Origin: Lama guanicoe
Taxonomy: Eukaryota
Length of the DNA: 64,000 nucleotides
NCBI GenBank assembly: GCA_013239625.1
Contig: MU054117.1
Coordinates: 2,790,011-2,854,010 of the forward strand
Direction: 5' to 3'
Below, piece after piece: positions 37,545-51,830 of the stretch (positions within the stretch are counted from its first letter, which is position 1; each line of letters opens with the position of its first letter). The translations under genes and the position numbers were made by a program. The notes beneath the pieces were generated by a model. The model did no database searches, was not told where the DNA came from, and saw nothing but the letters and a program-made list of their open reading frames with translations.

Positions 37545-38848
37545 TCATCCCCATCATCACCACCATTATTATTACCACCATCATTATCACCACCACCTTC
37601 ACTATCATCACCATGACCATCATCATCACCATGACCATCATCGCCATCATCATCATCATCACCTCCATCACCACCATCATCACCTCCATCATCACTATCA
37701 CCACTATCACCACTACCGTCATCATCATCATCATCCCCACCATCCCCAGCATTATGTCATCATCACCATCACTGTCATCATCACCACCATCACCATCATC
37801 ATCATCACCATCACCACCATCATCACCTCCATCATCACTATCACCACTATCACCACTACCGTCATCATCATCATCATCCCCACCATCCCCAGCATTATGT
37901 CATCATCACCATCACTGTCATCATCACCACCATCACCATCATCATCATCACCATCACCACCATCATTACCACCATCACCATCACCACAATAACGAGGACA
38001 GTCTGCTGGTGACAGATGCCTGTGCTGGGCACTGTGAAGGACTTCTCACCCAGTCTTCCTCATATTCGTCTCACTCACTCCTACCAGCCCAGTACGATGA
38101 GAGTCAGTGCTCTAGCTTTGAAGCTCAGGGACAGAAGGTAGAGTTGCCCAAGTTCATCATCATCACCATCACCACCATCATTACCACCATCACCATCACC
38201 ACAATAACGAGGACAGTCTGCCGGTGACAGATGCCTGTGCTGGGCACTGTGAAGGACTTCTCACCCAGTCTTCCTCATATTCGTCTCACTCACTCCTACC
38301 AGCCCAGTACGATGAGAGTCAGTGCTCTAGCTTTGAAGCTCAGGGACAGAAGGTAGAGTTGCCCAAGTTCATCATCATCACCATCACCACCATCATCACC
38401 ACCATCATCACCATCATCATCCTCTCCATCACCTCCATCATCACCATCACCACTATCACCACTGCCGTCATCATCATCATCATCATCCCCACCATCCCCA
38501 GCATTATGTCATCATCACCATCACTGTCATCATCACCACCATCACCATCATCATCATCACCATCACCACCATCATTACCACCATCACCATCACCACAATA
38601 ACGAGGACAGTCTGCTGGTGACAGATGCCTGTGCTGGGCACTGTGAAGGACTTCTCACCCAGTCTTCCTCATATTCGTCTCACTCACTCCTACCAGCCCA
38701 GTACGATGAGAGTCAGTGCTCTAGCTTTGAAGCTCAGGGACAGAAGGTAGAGTTGCCCAAGTTCATCATCATCACCATCACCACTGTTACAACCACCACC
38801 ACCATCATTAGCACCATCACCATCATCACTGTCATCGTCCTCATCATC
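37545..38848 (+). repeat. Complex (CAT/CAC)n array containing three 167-bp MIR-like cassettes
   Basis: Cassettes at 37988-38154, 38203-38369, 38597-38763. Confidence 0.95.
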
Positions 38849-39374
38849 TGCCCTCCTTTCCAGGTGGAGGTGGGGTTAGGTAAAACATGCTGTCCCTGAA
38901 TCCTGTCTGTGGAAATCCCACCCACCCGATGAGGACCAGCTGGACATCACCTCTCCAGGAAGCATCCTCTGGTCTCCAGCTCTGGTGCCTCACAGCCCTT
39001 TATCTCATCTCAGCATTTAGGGGCTGGGCCCGTTCCCGGCCATGGAACAGGGTGGACTGAGAAGAGTGCAGGTGACGGGCTGGGGAGAAACACCGCGAAG
39101 AAGCCCCGGGAGAAGCCAGGCCTGGGGGCAGGCCGCAGCGTCCGAAGAGTCCTGGTCAGCAGTTGGCTCTAAGAATAGAAGACAAAGTCACAAATCCTAT
39201 CAGCGGAAGGTGACTTTGAGTGGATCAGGAGAGCAGGCAGCCCTGGGAGACCTTCCACAAGAGCCCTGGGCCCTGGGGAGGAGGAGGGGAGGGCAGGGCC
39301 GGGCCTGCTCTACCTATGGGACCAGCTGGTGTCCCCCCGCCGGCCATGGCGGCTGTGTGGAAATGGTTACTGGA

Positions 39375-39689
39375 AGCACCAGGCCCTGGGCCGCCATACC
39401 CTCTTTGTCCCCATGACCTGTGGTCGTAGTGGTGGCAGCCCCCGAGCCCATCTAGCCTTTGCCTTTGATGCAGTGCGTGGTACGGTGGGCGCTCTGCAAG
39501 TCGGCTCTGGGGCGAGAGTCTCAGAGGGCCCCGTGGAAGTGGCCTTAGACTCAGAGTTGAATGGAGCTTGGGGTGTGGGAGGCCCCTGTGACCCTGACCA
39601 GGCAAGAGCCTGGGCCAGCTGGAGCTTTTTCCCTCCTCAGTGTGTTTAGGTGGAGTCGCGTTTGGGGGCAGCTTCACACACACAGCCTT
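39375..39689 (+). repeat. Copy A of a diverged local direct duplication
   Basis: Aligns by eye with 42003-42297; 28-bp identical core at 39595-39622. Confidence 0.85.
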
Positions 39690-40939
39690 AGGGGTGACGG
39701 CACAGCTCCCCGAACACAGCATCCTCTGGGTGTGTGGGCCGGATGGAGGCTGTCTTTGTGTTTGGTGCCCTTGCCTGGAGTACAAAGCTTGGGCCACACG
39801 TCCTCAGGGGAGGGGCCGACGTGGAAGCAGAGGCGCGAGGGCGCGTCGTCCCCCGCCTCTCTCCCTGGGTCCCCGGCGCTTCCAGGCTCCTCGGCGGAGG
39901 ATGCTTCCTGCTTCTCTGCCGGCCCCATCCTCACCCCCTCCAGCCCCTTCCCTGGGGGGGGGGTCCCACCAAGTGAACCCCTAGGCCCCACTCAGGGCAG
40001 GTGGCCTCCTAATCCAAAGCACCATCCTTGGCTTCCCATCTGAGGCCTGGGGTCACGCCTGCTTTTCTTTTCCAATACTACTACGTTTGGCTGTTTACAG
40101 AAGTAGCACTTTTTAATGGCATATATTAAAAAAAAAGAAACAGGCACAAGGAAGGCAAGAATGAGCTGGTCACCGCCCAACTCCCCACGACGACTGAGCC
40201 CCAGCTCCCATCACCTCCAGTTTCGGCGCCCTCCCCGAGCCTCCCCTCTTCCCACAGGCTTGAAGCTTCTGTTCTCAAGATGCGATCGCGCTGTCGGCTC
40301 TTCTCCCACTGGTTCTCCTCAATGCCCAGTTTGTCACGACCGTGTTTCTGTGTTATTAAGCACTCGTCTGCAACACTTGAAACGGCTGTTTTCACTCCAG
40401 CGTGGACGCACTGTGGTTTGTACAATCAGTGCTGTTTTGTGGAACCCCCGGGTGGACCCCCGTTTCCTGCCACAAAAAATGGTGCTGTCATGGAAGTCTC
40501 CCAGCCGCGCGTCGATGATCAGCCACGATTCTTTCCTTAGGATAAATTCCGAAAGCTGGGGTTGCCAAAGGCTTGTGCTTTTTCACACCGTTAATGCACT
40601 TGGTCAAACTCTCTTGCCAAGAAGCCTGCCGAGGAGTATAGGAAGGTACCGACTTTTCTGCATTTCTACAAATGCAGTTTTAGGGGTTTTTTTGGAGGGG
40701 GCGGGTGGGAAGGGCACAGGAGAAGGGAGATGAGCTTACTTGCTTTTTAGAAGCTGCAGCCTATTTTGTTTTCTTTTGCATTTACCTGATTTCTAGAGAG
40801 GTTAATCCTAGTGTGTTAATTTGTTTTTATTCTCATGCGAATTGACCACCCGGTCCTTTTTCCAGTGTTAGCTGGTGATGTTCCTCTTGTTCTGGTTGGC
40901 TGAGGACATTCTCCTTTGTCGGCCGTGTATGTCAGAGGC

Positions 40940-41905
40940 GTGCTTTCAGCTGGCCATCGACCTTTCCGTCTTGCTCATGATGCTCACCGCCTGGGACGGC
41001 ATCCATGCCTGTCTGCCAGGCGCCTTTTCTCAGATGACTCAGTGACACTCCCAGCTTCACATATCTGAACTGAAGTGCGCTGTCCCATGCCCTCCCACCC
41101 CACCCCGCTCTTCCTGCTGACTTGCTTGTTTCTGCTAATGTCACCACCAGTTCCTAGCCACCTGGGCTTGAGATGTGGAAGTCATCCTTGACTCCGATTT
41201 CTTTCCTCCCCTCCGTTTCGCCCGTGGCCAGCTCCGGTAGGTTCCTCCTCTGTGATTTCTCCGGCTGGCGGCCCCTCTGACACAGCGGCGGCTCATTATC
41301 TCTTGCCTGGGCTCCGAAACTAGCCGCGGAGGTTCGTGCCTTGTGCCCCACCCAGTCCTTACCCCCGACTCTTCCCTCCTCCCTGCCCCTCCTGCAGGCT
41401 GCCACTGCGTGCGTCCTCCTGAAACAGTGCTCACACGGAGAACTCGCTGGTTACAAACCGCCCACAGCTCCCCATCATCATGTACTTAATTACAGCCTCT
41501 TCGCCTGGCCGTAATTTCCTTCCTGCCGAATGTCCCACTACCCGGGGCAAGTTCCCCAACAGCTCACTGTTTTCCCACCCTTTTCTTTTTGCTGAGGCCA
41601 CGCCCTCCTGGACCTCCCTCCCACCACGCCCAACCACCAAAATCCGCGGAGAAGATGCCCTCCTCCCCTAGTGCCCGCCACCCCGAGCTTCTCCGACTCT
41701 TTAAGTGGAAGTGACTTCTCCCCCCTTGGGAACACCGGACCAATTTGCTTGACTTCCCTCATCAAAGAAATCTTTCTCCATCATCCAGTGGAGCCTCCAA
41801 GATCTCCTGCTCCCACTGGAGAGAGTGCTGCAGTGGCACCACTCCTGCAGGACCACCCAGCGCTCGCCGTGGCCGACGCTCAGCAGGTGTTTGTGGGATG
41901 AAAAG
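40940..41905 (+). mobile_element. L2 LINE remnant
   Basis: gaagtcatccttgactcc...cattatctcttgcctgg...ctcagcaggtgtttgtgggatgaa. Confidence 0.6.
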
Positions 41906-42002
41906 CGCCAGCCCATGTAGTGATGCTGGGGGTCACGGGCCCCCTGCCAGCTGGCGGGTAGGGCACAAGTCCCCTCTGCCAGGGGTTGAGCTGACAGCTT
42001 TC

Positions 42003-42297
42003 AGCACTAGGACCTGGCCACGTCTTTGTCCCCGTGACTTGTGGTCCCCAAGTCTACCCATTTTTACCCTGTGATGCAATGCATGGTATGGGGTGGGCAC
42101 TTTGTAAGTTGGCTGCTGGGGACAGAGTCTCAGGGGACCTCATGGAAGGGACCTTGGACTCAGAGTTGAACAGAGATTGGTGTGCAGGAGGTCCCTGTGA
42201 CCTTGACCAGGCAAGAGCCTGGGCCAGCTGGGACTATTTCTCTCCTTAATGTATTTAAATGGAGTCAAGATTGGGGTCAGCTTCATGCACAGAGCCT
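42003..42297 (+). repeat. Copy B of a diverged local direct duplication
   Basis: Aligns by eye with 39375-39689; identical core at 42204-42231. Confidence 0.85.
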
Positions 42298-43706
42298 CCT
42301 CCGGCTTTAGAGGTGACTCTGCAGCCAGCTCGGGAGCGTGCAATGGACACGGTCTATTTTTAGCCTCCCAGAGACCGTGACCAACATCCCAAGCGGAGGG
42401 TGGGCACACCTGCTGCATTCTAATGAGACAGCCGGGTTGCTTCTGCTGCCAGACAGCCCGGGATCGCGCGACCTGAAATCTGATGTTGCTAAACTGGGAA
42501 GTCTGCTTATTTCCCAGAGGCGGTAGCCTAGATACACTGGGAAAATGGGACCATCACCCTCCTGCCTCTCCAGCCAGGACTCAGGGCCACCTGGGGCTGT
42601 GCCCCCCGCACAGTGGAGGGGATGGACTCACTGGGATGTCTCGATCTTGCTCTGTCCTGGTACCTCCCTGTTTCGCTTGCTGGAATGCAGCTAGTAAGTC
42701 TGTGTTGGCCCAGCTCACAGATGGGAAAACTGAAACGTGGAGCAGGGACAGGTTAACGTACTCTGGATAGAACTGCCAGTGACAGTGACAGTAATAGCAG
42801 AGCACACACTAGATGCCGGCAAGTGTCCTAAACTCTTTGCACATATTAACTCGTCACTTAAAAATAGACTTGGAATTCTGCCCCCTGAGAGGCCTTCGCT
42901 GCGCCGAGCGCGTCTGCGTTCCCCACGCTTCAGGGGACTGACTCCAGGACTGACTTCTCCGGGCAGAGCCGTGCTCCGCAGCGAAGCCCAAACCTCTGAG
43001 CTTGTGTCTCGCCCTCCGCCGTCCGCTCCGCCCAGTGCCGGGCGGCGGGTGGGGTGTGGAGCAGGGCTGGCCGGTGGAGTTGGGGACCCAAGAAGGGCAG
43101 TACCTGGAGGGCGTTGCCAAGAGGCCGGCGATTCACAGTTCAGAGGAAATGTCTGCCGAAGTTCAGAGTAAAACTGTGAACCAGAAACCACGGGGGGGAA
43201 GACACAGGTGTGACAAGCCAGAACTCGAGAGCCCTGCCTTTGGGGGGCCCAAGTGCTGCCCGTGGGGTGGAGAGAAGCCTCGGGAGGTGGGGGGGGTCTG
43301 CTCTTCCTAAGAACGCAGGTACCACTCATTTTAGGTTAACACACACCCGCTGCGCGCTGCTCCCTTTTCTAAGTGCGTTACAGACTCCAGCTTGTCCAGG
43401 CCTCTAGGAGATGGGGGCCATTTTATTCCCATTTTAGAGTGGGGGAGGTGAGCACCAAGAGGTGACTAACCCCTTGTCCCAGGTTGAGTGGCGGAGCTGG
43501 GATTCACGTTTCGAGGTGAGGGCTCTGGAATCCACGCTCCAGCTGCTCTGCTATGTGATGCTGTGTAATGTCAAGGCATCTTCCCCTGGACTGAATGCTT
43601 AGATCTGCCTCTAAAGGAAGGCAGTATTGTCCCCATTTAACAGATACGCAAACTGAGGCCCAGATTGGCTCAGGCCACCCACACCTAGGAGGTGGAACTG
43701 GGTTAA

Positions 43707-44177
<471 letters not shown>

Positions 44178-47100
44178 TGAGGTGTCTCCACTGTCGTTAA
44201 GTGAGTACCCCCCTTGGCTCGAGGCCCCTGGCCCTGTCTCCATCCCCTGGGCCCCCCAGCAGGGATCAGGCCAGGCCTAGAGCTGGTGAGCAGGTGAATG
44301 TGTGTGTCTAGGTGTCTCTCAGCTGGAGAGCAAGGGATGTTTCCAGGGTCCTTGTTTTATGGTCCAGCCCCCCCCACCCCTTCCTGACTCTGGGCCTCGG
44401 GGAGCCAGGAGGACTGGACGTCCTTGGTCCTTGTTACAGGAGCTCGGTGTTTGAAGCTAGGGTCCTGAGGCCCAGAAAACCTTCTGGCATCTTGATGTTC
44501 AGTCTTCTGGCAGGCATGAGTCCATAGGGTTGTCCTGGACCCATGAGTGCCTCCAGGGAAGAATCCACAGGCTTCCTTGGGAACCTGGTCCTGCCTGACA
44601 TCCTGATTGATTCTCAGGAAATTCTCCTGTCTAAATGCTGTCTTATTCCGTAGCAGGGAAGATTGATGCTGGCTGCAGAGCAGAGCGCAGCTTCCTCACA
44701 AGAGGCTGCCGGGCTGCAGCGGGGGCAGGGCAGAACGTCCCCCTCCCTCCCCAGACCTGTCCAGCACTTTTCCACCCCAAATAAACTACCGACCTTAGCC
44801 GTGTGGTTGCTCGGGGCCGGCTGCTTTTCTAAGCACATTATCCGTGTCATTTCATTGAATCCCTCAAGAACTCTATGAAGAAAGCATTTCTATTGTTCCC
44901 TTACAGTATGAAGAAATAGTGAAAAAGGAACAAAGACTTGCTTGCTATGCAAATGCATTTTCAAAGTAAGTCTCTAAGCTCCCCTTCCAATTAGATGCTT
45001 CTGTAAGCCCTTCCTGTAACGAAACAGTGATTCTGCTGTTGACAGAAGGGTGTTTAATAAGTAATAGGCAGCTTTTTTTTTTTTGAGAGCCTCCTCCACG
45101 CTGTGTTGTTTCTAGCATTTTCTGTCATTGACTCATTTATTCCTCAGGTCAGCCCGTGAGGTCGGCATTGTTATTTGTCCCCGTTATACAGATTCATCCT
45201 GCCAGATTCCTTTGCTTACAAGGTCATGGGCTGATAATGGCAGAGCCAGACGTGCAACCTCCACATTGTGGGCCTGGGAGCCCGCATGCCTAACCTCCAG
45301 GCCGTGAGGCCTTTTGAACAGGCCTTTCTTCCTTTCTGGAAACTTCGGCTTTGTTCCTGCTGGTGCCTTTGCAATTTCCCACGGAGGTGGAGAGGGAAGG
45401 GGTCTCGTTCCCTAAAGACTGGTCTCCGCAGAAGAGCGTTAGGCCTGGGGCCGGCGGGGTGGGGGCTGGGCCCTGCGCTTATTTCTGGGGGCTGGCCCCG
45501 GGGGCCTTGGGCAGGTGAGCCTGCAGCTCCTGGGCGTCCCCAGTGGGGTGGGGTTGGGGTGGTGCACGGAGCCCCGTCCTAGGCCTGTGAGAGGCTCTGG
45601 GAGGCCGGAAGGAGGCCTTCGAGAGCTTCCCTTCTCAAGACCCTGCCTCTGATCAAAGGTCACATCTTCCATGTGACAATTTCTAACAGCCCTGTGGCTC
45701 TGGGCACTTGTCTCAGAGCAGGTTCCTGGGAGGAGACAGCAGTTCCCAAAATGCCCCCCTGGGGCTTGCCTGAAACCCCTGGTTCGGGACCAGCTGAGGT
45801 CTCCCCGCCCCAGTCTTCAGTCTCCACTCCCTGCGGGGCCTCCTCCCAGTCCCTCTCCGACCCCTCCTGCGGGCACACTCTGGTACAAAGATGTGCTCTC
45901 TGGTGCCGTTATATCGCTGCGGTTCCTTCTGGATGTGGTTCCCTGGCCTCTGGCCCAGGCACTCGGCACTCGGTTTGTACAGGTTTATTGACACAGTGGC
46001 TGCTCTCATCACTCAGGTGCTGCCTGGTCCCCTCCATGGCCGGGCATCCACTGGGAGAAGACCTCCTGGGTCACCAAGTACACATACTATATATAGCACC
46101 AGGTTTCCTCCACGTCATGTGTTGATGGAAAGATAGAACCTCTTCACAAACAGACACAAACATGGTGCAGACTGCGCTGATGAACTTGGAGTAAAGGATC
46201 TACAGGTCCTACAGAACATTGCTTTCCTTAGTAACCTGTCCTCGAATGGTTTTACCAGCCCTTCACACTGGGAAGTACTTCTGATTACCTGGCTTAAATC
46301 CTTCCTGCTGCTGCCACCGAGGACCATCTCTAGACCCTGGCTTCTGGGGAGAAGCCTAGGTGTGTAACGCAGGGGCAGCTGGTAGTCTGAGGTTTTCCTC
46401 CAGCCTGCCGGGTCTCCGAGGTCATCTGGGGTGAAGGGGGGCACGTGGGGGGACTCCTACTGTTGCTCTTCGCCGAGAGGGCCTGTTTCTCTCTCACGAT
46501 TAAATGTCAGGCATCTCCTCTCCACGCCAGACGGCCTTTGCCTCCTCGGTCTGGACAAGACCCACATCTCACCATCCCATCCGGAGCAGCGCTGGCCGTT
46601 TGGCAGCCTTCTTCCATCATTAACAAGACGCTCACACGGGCGGCCGGCGGCACCGCCAGCTCGCTGACTAATCGCGAGCAGTGAGTGTTTAGGAGATACG
46701 GTGCGGGACGGATTGGGTCTGATTAGTCTGTAAATACAAAGGAGAAGTGTCGAGGGTGTGTGTGGTGGGGGCACTGCTGGGGGCTGGAGGGCACAACAGG
46801 AGGTGATGCCGGACACTTCTGTTCTTTGTGGCCCCATCCAGAGATGACTCCATGCTCAGCCTCTGGAGGATGAGGGCCAAGGGGAGGAGGACCGTGCATT
46901 CCGTCCCAGGGCTTCCCTGAGAAGGGTGGACTCCTGACCAGAAGCCGAAGTGACAGATGTGTCCTTGTGAACAGAGGGAAGGGGCCGGGCTCCTGGCCTC
47001 CGAGATGCCAGTTCTGAATTCTCAGCATCTTTGACAGTCAGCCCTGGGCGGGGGGCCTCCGCTGTCAGAAGGGTCAGCCCCAACGGGGCCGTGTTCTCAG

Positions 47101-48269
47101 CCCCCAGCCCTGGGCACTGAGCCCACTCCCAGCCGGCTCTCCTCCTTTGACAATCTTGCTGCAGGTTCTTTTGAAACAGATTCTCCAGGGCCTCCTTTCC
47201 CAGCGATTGGTCAGTGTGCTGCCGTGTGGTCCGTGGCTGGGAGGTGACGCCCCCCACAGCCGGGGTGGGAAGTGCTTTCACGGAAGAGCGGCAGGCTCCT
47301 GAATGCAACGTCCGGAGACGTCTCTGGGCTGTTCTCTCCCAGGGGTGATTAAAGCAGGGGGGCAGAAGCTCGGGGAGACAGCCTTTTCCTCAACAGGCCG
47401 AGGAGGGGAAGCCTTGCTAAGTCACAACTTCTCTCCCCCCAGAACTCGTGCCTTTGGACCAAACTCCTGTGGTCTGGAGCCTTAAGGATGGGAAGAAGGG
47501 GCAGAAAGGACAAAAGACAGTGGATTGAAGGGGGGCACTTGGAGGGTCCCCGCAGCAAAAGCAGGGTTTGCAGAGGCACTGGGCCAGTCCAATTCCATCG
47601 GGAAAGGCAGGTGGAGTCTTAACCACGGGTGTAAGCAAGAGGTTTCTGAACCTTTGTCATTACCTTGCCTCCGTTCCCCGCTCACCCTCAACGGTTTCCT
47701 CACATGGATGAAAAGGGCCGCAGTTTTCACGAGGAGCCAGAGCTAACACCTTCCTAACACTTCATGTATTTAATCATCACAACAGCTCGGTGAAGTAGGT
47801 GATCCTGTTACCCAGTCTCCAGATGAGGCCACTGAGACGCGGAAGGCTGAATGACGGTCTGGGTCGGAGCTGTGGTTTGACGGCGGGAGTTCTGGCTCCC
47901 CGTTTGCAGGGCACCGATGACGCACCCCGCCCCGTGCCTGGCTCTGGGGATGCCATCACGCTGTCTTGTGGTCTCACAGTTTTGACGCCTTGTCCTTTTG
48001 ATGTCGAGCAGTCTTGTAGTGTTTGGTCCCAGAGAGATCCTGCAGGGAGAGGCCTGAGCTCCCTTGCGAAGCGTTTAGAGTCAGAAGTGAACTCAGTCTA
48101 ACCAAACCCTCACCTTATTCAGCTTCTAACAGGACCCAAGATACGAGCCCTGGGGCAGCATACGTCCTGGCTGGACTGAAAAGCAAACAGAAATTCCTTT
48201 AGCCCCTGTGGTTGAAATCCAAGGTCCTGTTGGAGGAGTTAAAACCACAGCTCCATCCTAAGCGCGCTC

Positions 48270-49425
48270 CACTCCCGATTGCGTTACACCGGCCAGCCCG
48301 TCCCTGAGCGGCCTAGCAAAAGAAGGCACAGCTCCTCTCGGATGAGCAACAGCAAACTAACTTCAGCGACTGCGGTTCCTCAGACACCGTCCATGGAAAA
48401 TGAAAATGACAGGACACGCAAAGAAACGGGAGACTCTGGTCCACAGTCAAGAGAAAAGTCAGTCAGTAGAAGCAGGTCTGCGGACAACCCAGCGGTAGAA
48501 ATCGTTGAATAAAGATTTTTAAATCATTGTAATAATTATGATTGGTAAATATTTCCAGGAGGAGATGGAAATAATGGGTGAAGCTGAACTCCTACAGCTG
48601 AAAAACACGATGTCTAAACCAAGCACTCTCTGGGTGGCATGAATAACAGCCAGGACACATAGGAGAGAACACCTATGGGTACGGAGACAGAGAAATAGAA
48701 ACCACCGAGACCGAAGAATAGAGAGAAAAACTGCACAGGTGGACAGAGCCTCAGTGACTTGTGGGACAGAAGCTAATGGCAAAGCTTGTGAGCATGGCGT
48801 TCCGGAGGACGAGAGAAGCGACGGGACAGAACAAAATGTTTGAATATAGAGGGATCCGTGTCTAAAACTGACTAGGAAGAAAGAAAAAAGCCCAGCAATG
48901 CTCTGAATTAATTTGCTCAAACAGTGAAGCCGCCTCTGAAACAGTCATCTGCACTGGAGCCAGCAGCTGACTATATTCATGGCAATCAGCCGTCATCCTT
49001 CAAGGTCCGTTGATCCTCTGCACGGGCCAGACAGGCAAACTGAATGAAAATGTGGGTCTCCTGGGTTAGTGCCAGTTCAGAGCCAGGGTCCAGTGCCATA
49101 GGAAGTGTCCAAGGACATCCTTTGGGCGGAAGGAAGATGATGACTGGTGGAACCTAGACCCACGTCAAGAATGAATTGATCTGGAACAGCTGACTCCATG
49201 CATAAGCGTGAGAGACTTTGCCCCATTATTTAAATCTCCTTAAACAATCATTGACTGTTTAAAAAATAGTGACAGTGTCTTGCAGGATTTATAACGCAGG
49301 TGGGACTGAAATGTATGGCAGCAGGGCCACGCAGGCCAGGAAGGGAGGAAGCGAAACACACCGTTGTGGGAGTCCTGTGGTGCGTGTGAGCTGCTGCCAC
49401 GTCACCTGAAGGCAGCCGTTCCCTC
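48270..49425 (+). mobile_element. Old L1 (L1MC/MD-like) 5'/ORF1 region fragments
   Basis: A-rich ORF1-like sequence; 49235-49420 resembles the reverse complement of 30975-31160. Confidence 0.65.
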
Positions 49426-50721
49426 TGCTAAGCTCTGACCGGTGGAGGCGAGCGCCCCCGAGCTCTTTCCTCGCGCTCTTCTCTCTCACAGCCGTGGGAC
49501 AGGGCTGTTCTCTGGCGCTGGTGCGCGGGTCTCGCGTAATGAGTGCACCTCGACATTCCGACCTCCCTACGCCTTCGGGGACCTTCCTCTTCAGCACGCC
49601 AAGGAAGTTCCGGCATTTCCACCTCATCCAGTGCAGACTGACTGTGGGTCCAGTCACCCGCACCAACCGGAGGTGAACCAGTGAACCCACAGTCTGTGCT
49701 CAGTGAGCCTGTGTCAGTGCACCTGGCCCAGCCCGACTTTGTGTTCCTGCCATCTTGAGCCCTCGCCCTGACTCCTGTTCCCCAGAGTTGAGTCTCTGTA
49801 CGTTGGAAACACCGCGCAGTTGCTTTGGCGTGTGTCACACCTGCTCACGATGCACTCGTGGTAGCTCGTTCTTGGGATCTGCTCGGAGTCAGATCTGGCT
49901 TGTGGGGGCAGGACCTGGGAAGCGTTAGTGCTGCCTCGCAGGCAACTACCTACCTCACGGGACCCCAGTGTGATGCTTCAGGAAGAGGAAAGCTAACTTT
50001 CTTGGGTGGGGGCAGAAGGTGCTTCTGCTGGCAAAGAAGGCTCTGTGATTTAGGGACTTGAGGCCCCAGCTTCATCAGAATCGGCCCGTATGTCCCCTTT
50101 CCAATTTTCAGGACCCTATTCTCTCCCAATAGACGACTCAACTTTAACAAAAGGGGCCCTGCAAGGATGGGAATTCAACTTGTGTTGTAATTCAGGCAGG
50201 ATTTGAGTTTGGATTTGGTTTCTAGAAATCTTGACCTTGCAAGAAAATAAGATTTTTTCCCTTTCTTTTCCTTCTTTTTTTTTTTTTTTCATTTCTTTTC
50301 CTCCTCAGAAGTCATAGGATCTTTCAGGTGCTATAGGAAGAACTTGAGCTGGGAATTTAAATCCCTGAGCTCATCATTTGCTTTCTCTAAGTTTTCTAGC
50401 GTGGTTAGTATCAGCCAGCCAGCCAGCCCACCCCATTATATTCCTGATTTTGACGGAAGTTCTCTAAGGTAGCAAATACTTGGTTACCTGGAGTCTCGGC
50501 TTCAGTAGGTACTTTATCCCAGGTGTCTGAAGCTCAGATTTGAGCAACTCTTCTGCTGTTTCATGCTGTTGAACACCAGCGCCCTCTCCACCAGCGGCAA
50601 CAGGGTCATTAGTGCCTTTCACTCTAATCAGAGCAGAGACCTAATTCCAGAAAACTCAGAACCAATTCAGAGGATCCATCCTTAGATTATGTTCCTCAGG
50701 AGCTATTCTTGGTACAAATTT

Positions 50722-51342
50722 TGTACCAGTTGGGGCTCAACCATGGAAGCAGATTCAGTAGGAGACAGATATATATATAATATATATAAAATTCATTGCA
50801 GGATTGCAGGACATTGGCTTATACCATTGTGTAAGGCTGTTGTCCCCGTGTCTGATACTGGAGCTTGAAGGGCAGCACAGGTAATCAGGAAAGGACTATG
50901 AATGCAAAACAAGGGGAGATCAGGAGTAGCTGGAACCCCTAAGCACGAGCTTGACCCTGTGAGGACAGGCTGAAACATGTCCATTGTGTTGCCTTTGACC
51001 TTGGTGGCGAGTGTATCCTACAGAGGCTGGAGTGTCTCACCTTGGAGTTAAACAAAACATGCACGCGCACGCACACACACACACACCCCTGGCTCAGGAG
51101 TCTGAGAAGCTGAGGGCAAAGGTGGAGGAATTGCAGGTCCAGCGGCTGCGTCATGCCAGCGAGGTGAATCCACGTGTCCGCGGTGACAGATGTGCACTAC
51201 AGGATGGTTCCTGCTTCCGTCGTGCCTTTTGAATCTCCTGACTCTCCCTTGTGACCCACCCTAACTGGAAGCGTAGGAGAAAGAGAAGTCTGAAAGGTGT
51301 CTCTCCGCCTGGCGAGGGGCCGTGTTACAAAGCCATCGCACA
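50722..51342. mobile_element. ERVL-class solo LTR (MLT2-like, subfamily uncertain)
   Basis: tgtaccagttgggg...gaagcagattcagtaggagacagatatata...attggcttataccattgtg; TG...CA ends. Confidence 0.55.
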
Positions 51343-51830
51343 TGTGTGCACAGAGCTTCACAAACAGGAAGCAGCATCCACAGAACCAGAGGGAGAAAAA
51401 TGCAACTCCCCCGGCCAGGGGTTCCTTACCGTTTCTCTCTCAGTAATTGATAGATCAGACACACAAACAAGTCAGCAAGCATGCAGAAAGCCTGAACAAC
51501 ACAAGCAACCCAACCTCGTAGGCGTTTATAGGACACTGGCTCCCCAGAGAGCAGACTGTGCCTTCTTCTCAAGTGCACATTGAAACGCTCACTGGGACGG
51601 ATCGTGTGCGGGGCCGAAAACGAATCTCAGTAAGTTTCAAAAGAGGAAAATTACACAGAGGATTTTTTTTTTGTCATCAATTGAATGGATTTAGAAACCA
51701 AAAAACAGTAACTTACCTAGAAAAATTTCCAAAAATTTGGAAATTAAGCAGCACTGAGAACAAGGTCAGAGGAGAAATCACAAGAGAGATTAGAAAATAT
51801 TCCAAACTGAATGACAGTGAAAGCAAAACG

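Noticed and set aside
37988..38763. Repeat-spacer-like pattern resembling a CRISPR array
   Set aside because: Mammalian intron; 167-bp MIR-like units with microsatellite spacers; no cas genes
37480..38925. Long poly-His / Ile-Thr / Ser-Pro ORFs
   Set aside because: Translations of the CAT/CAC array, which rarely contains stops; no splice or domain evidence
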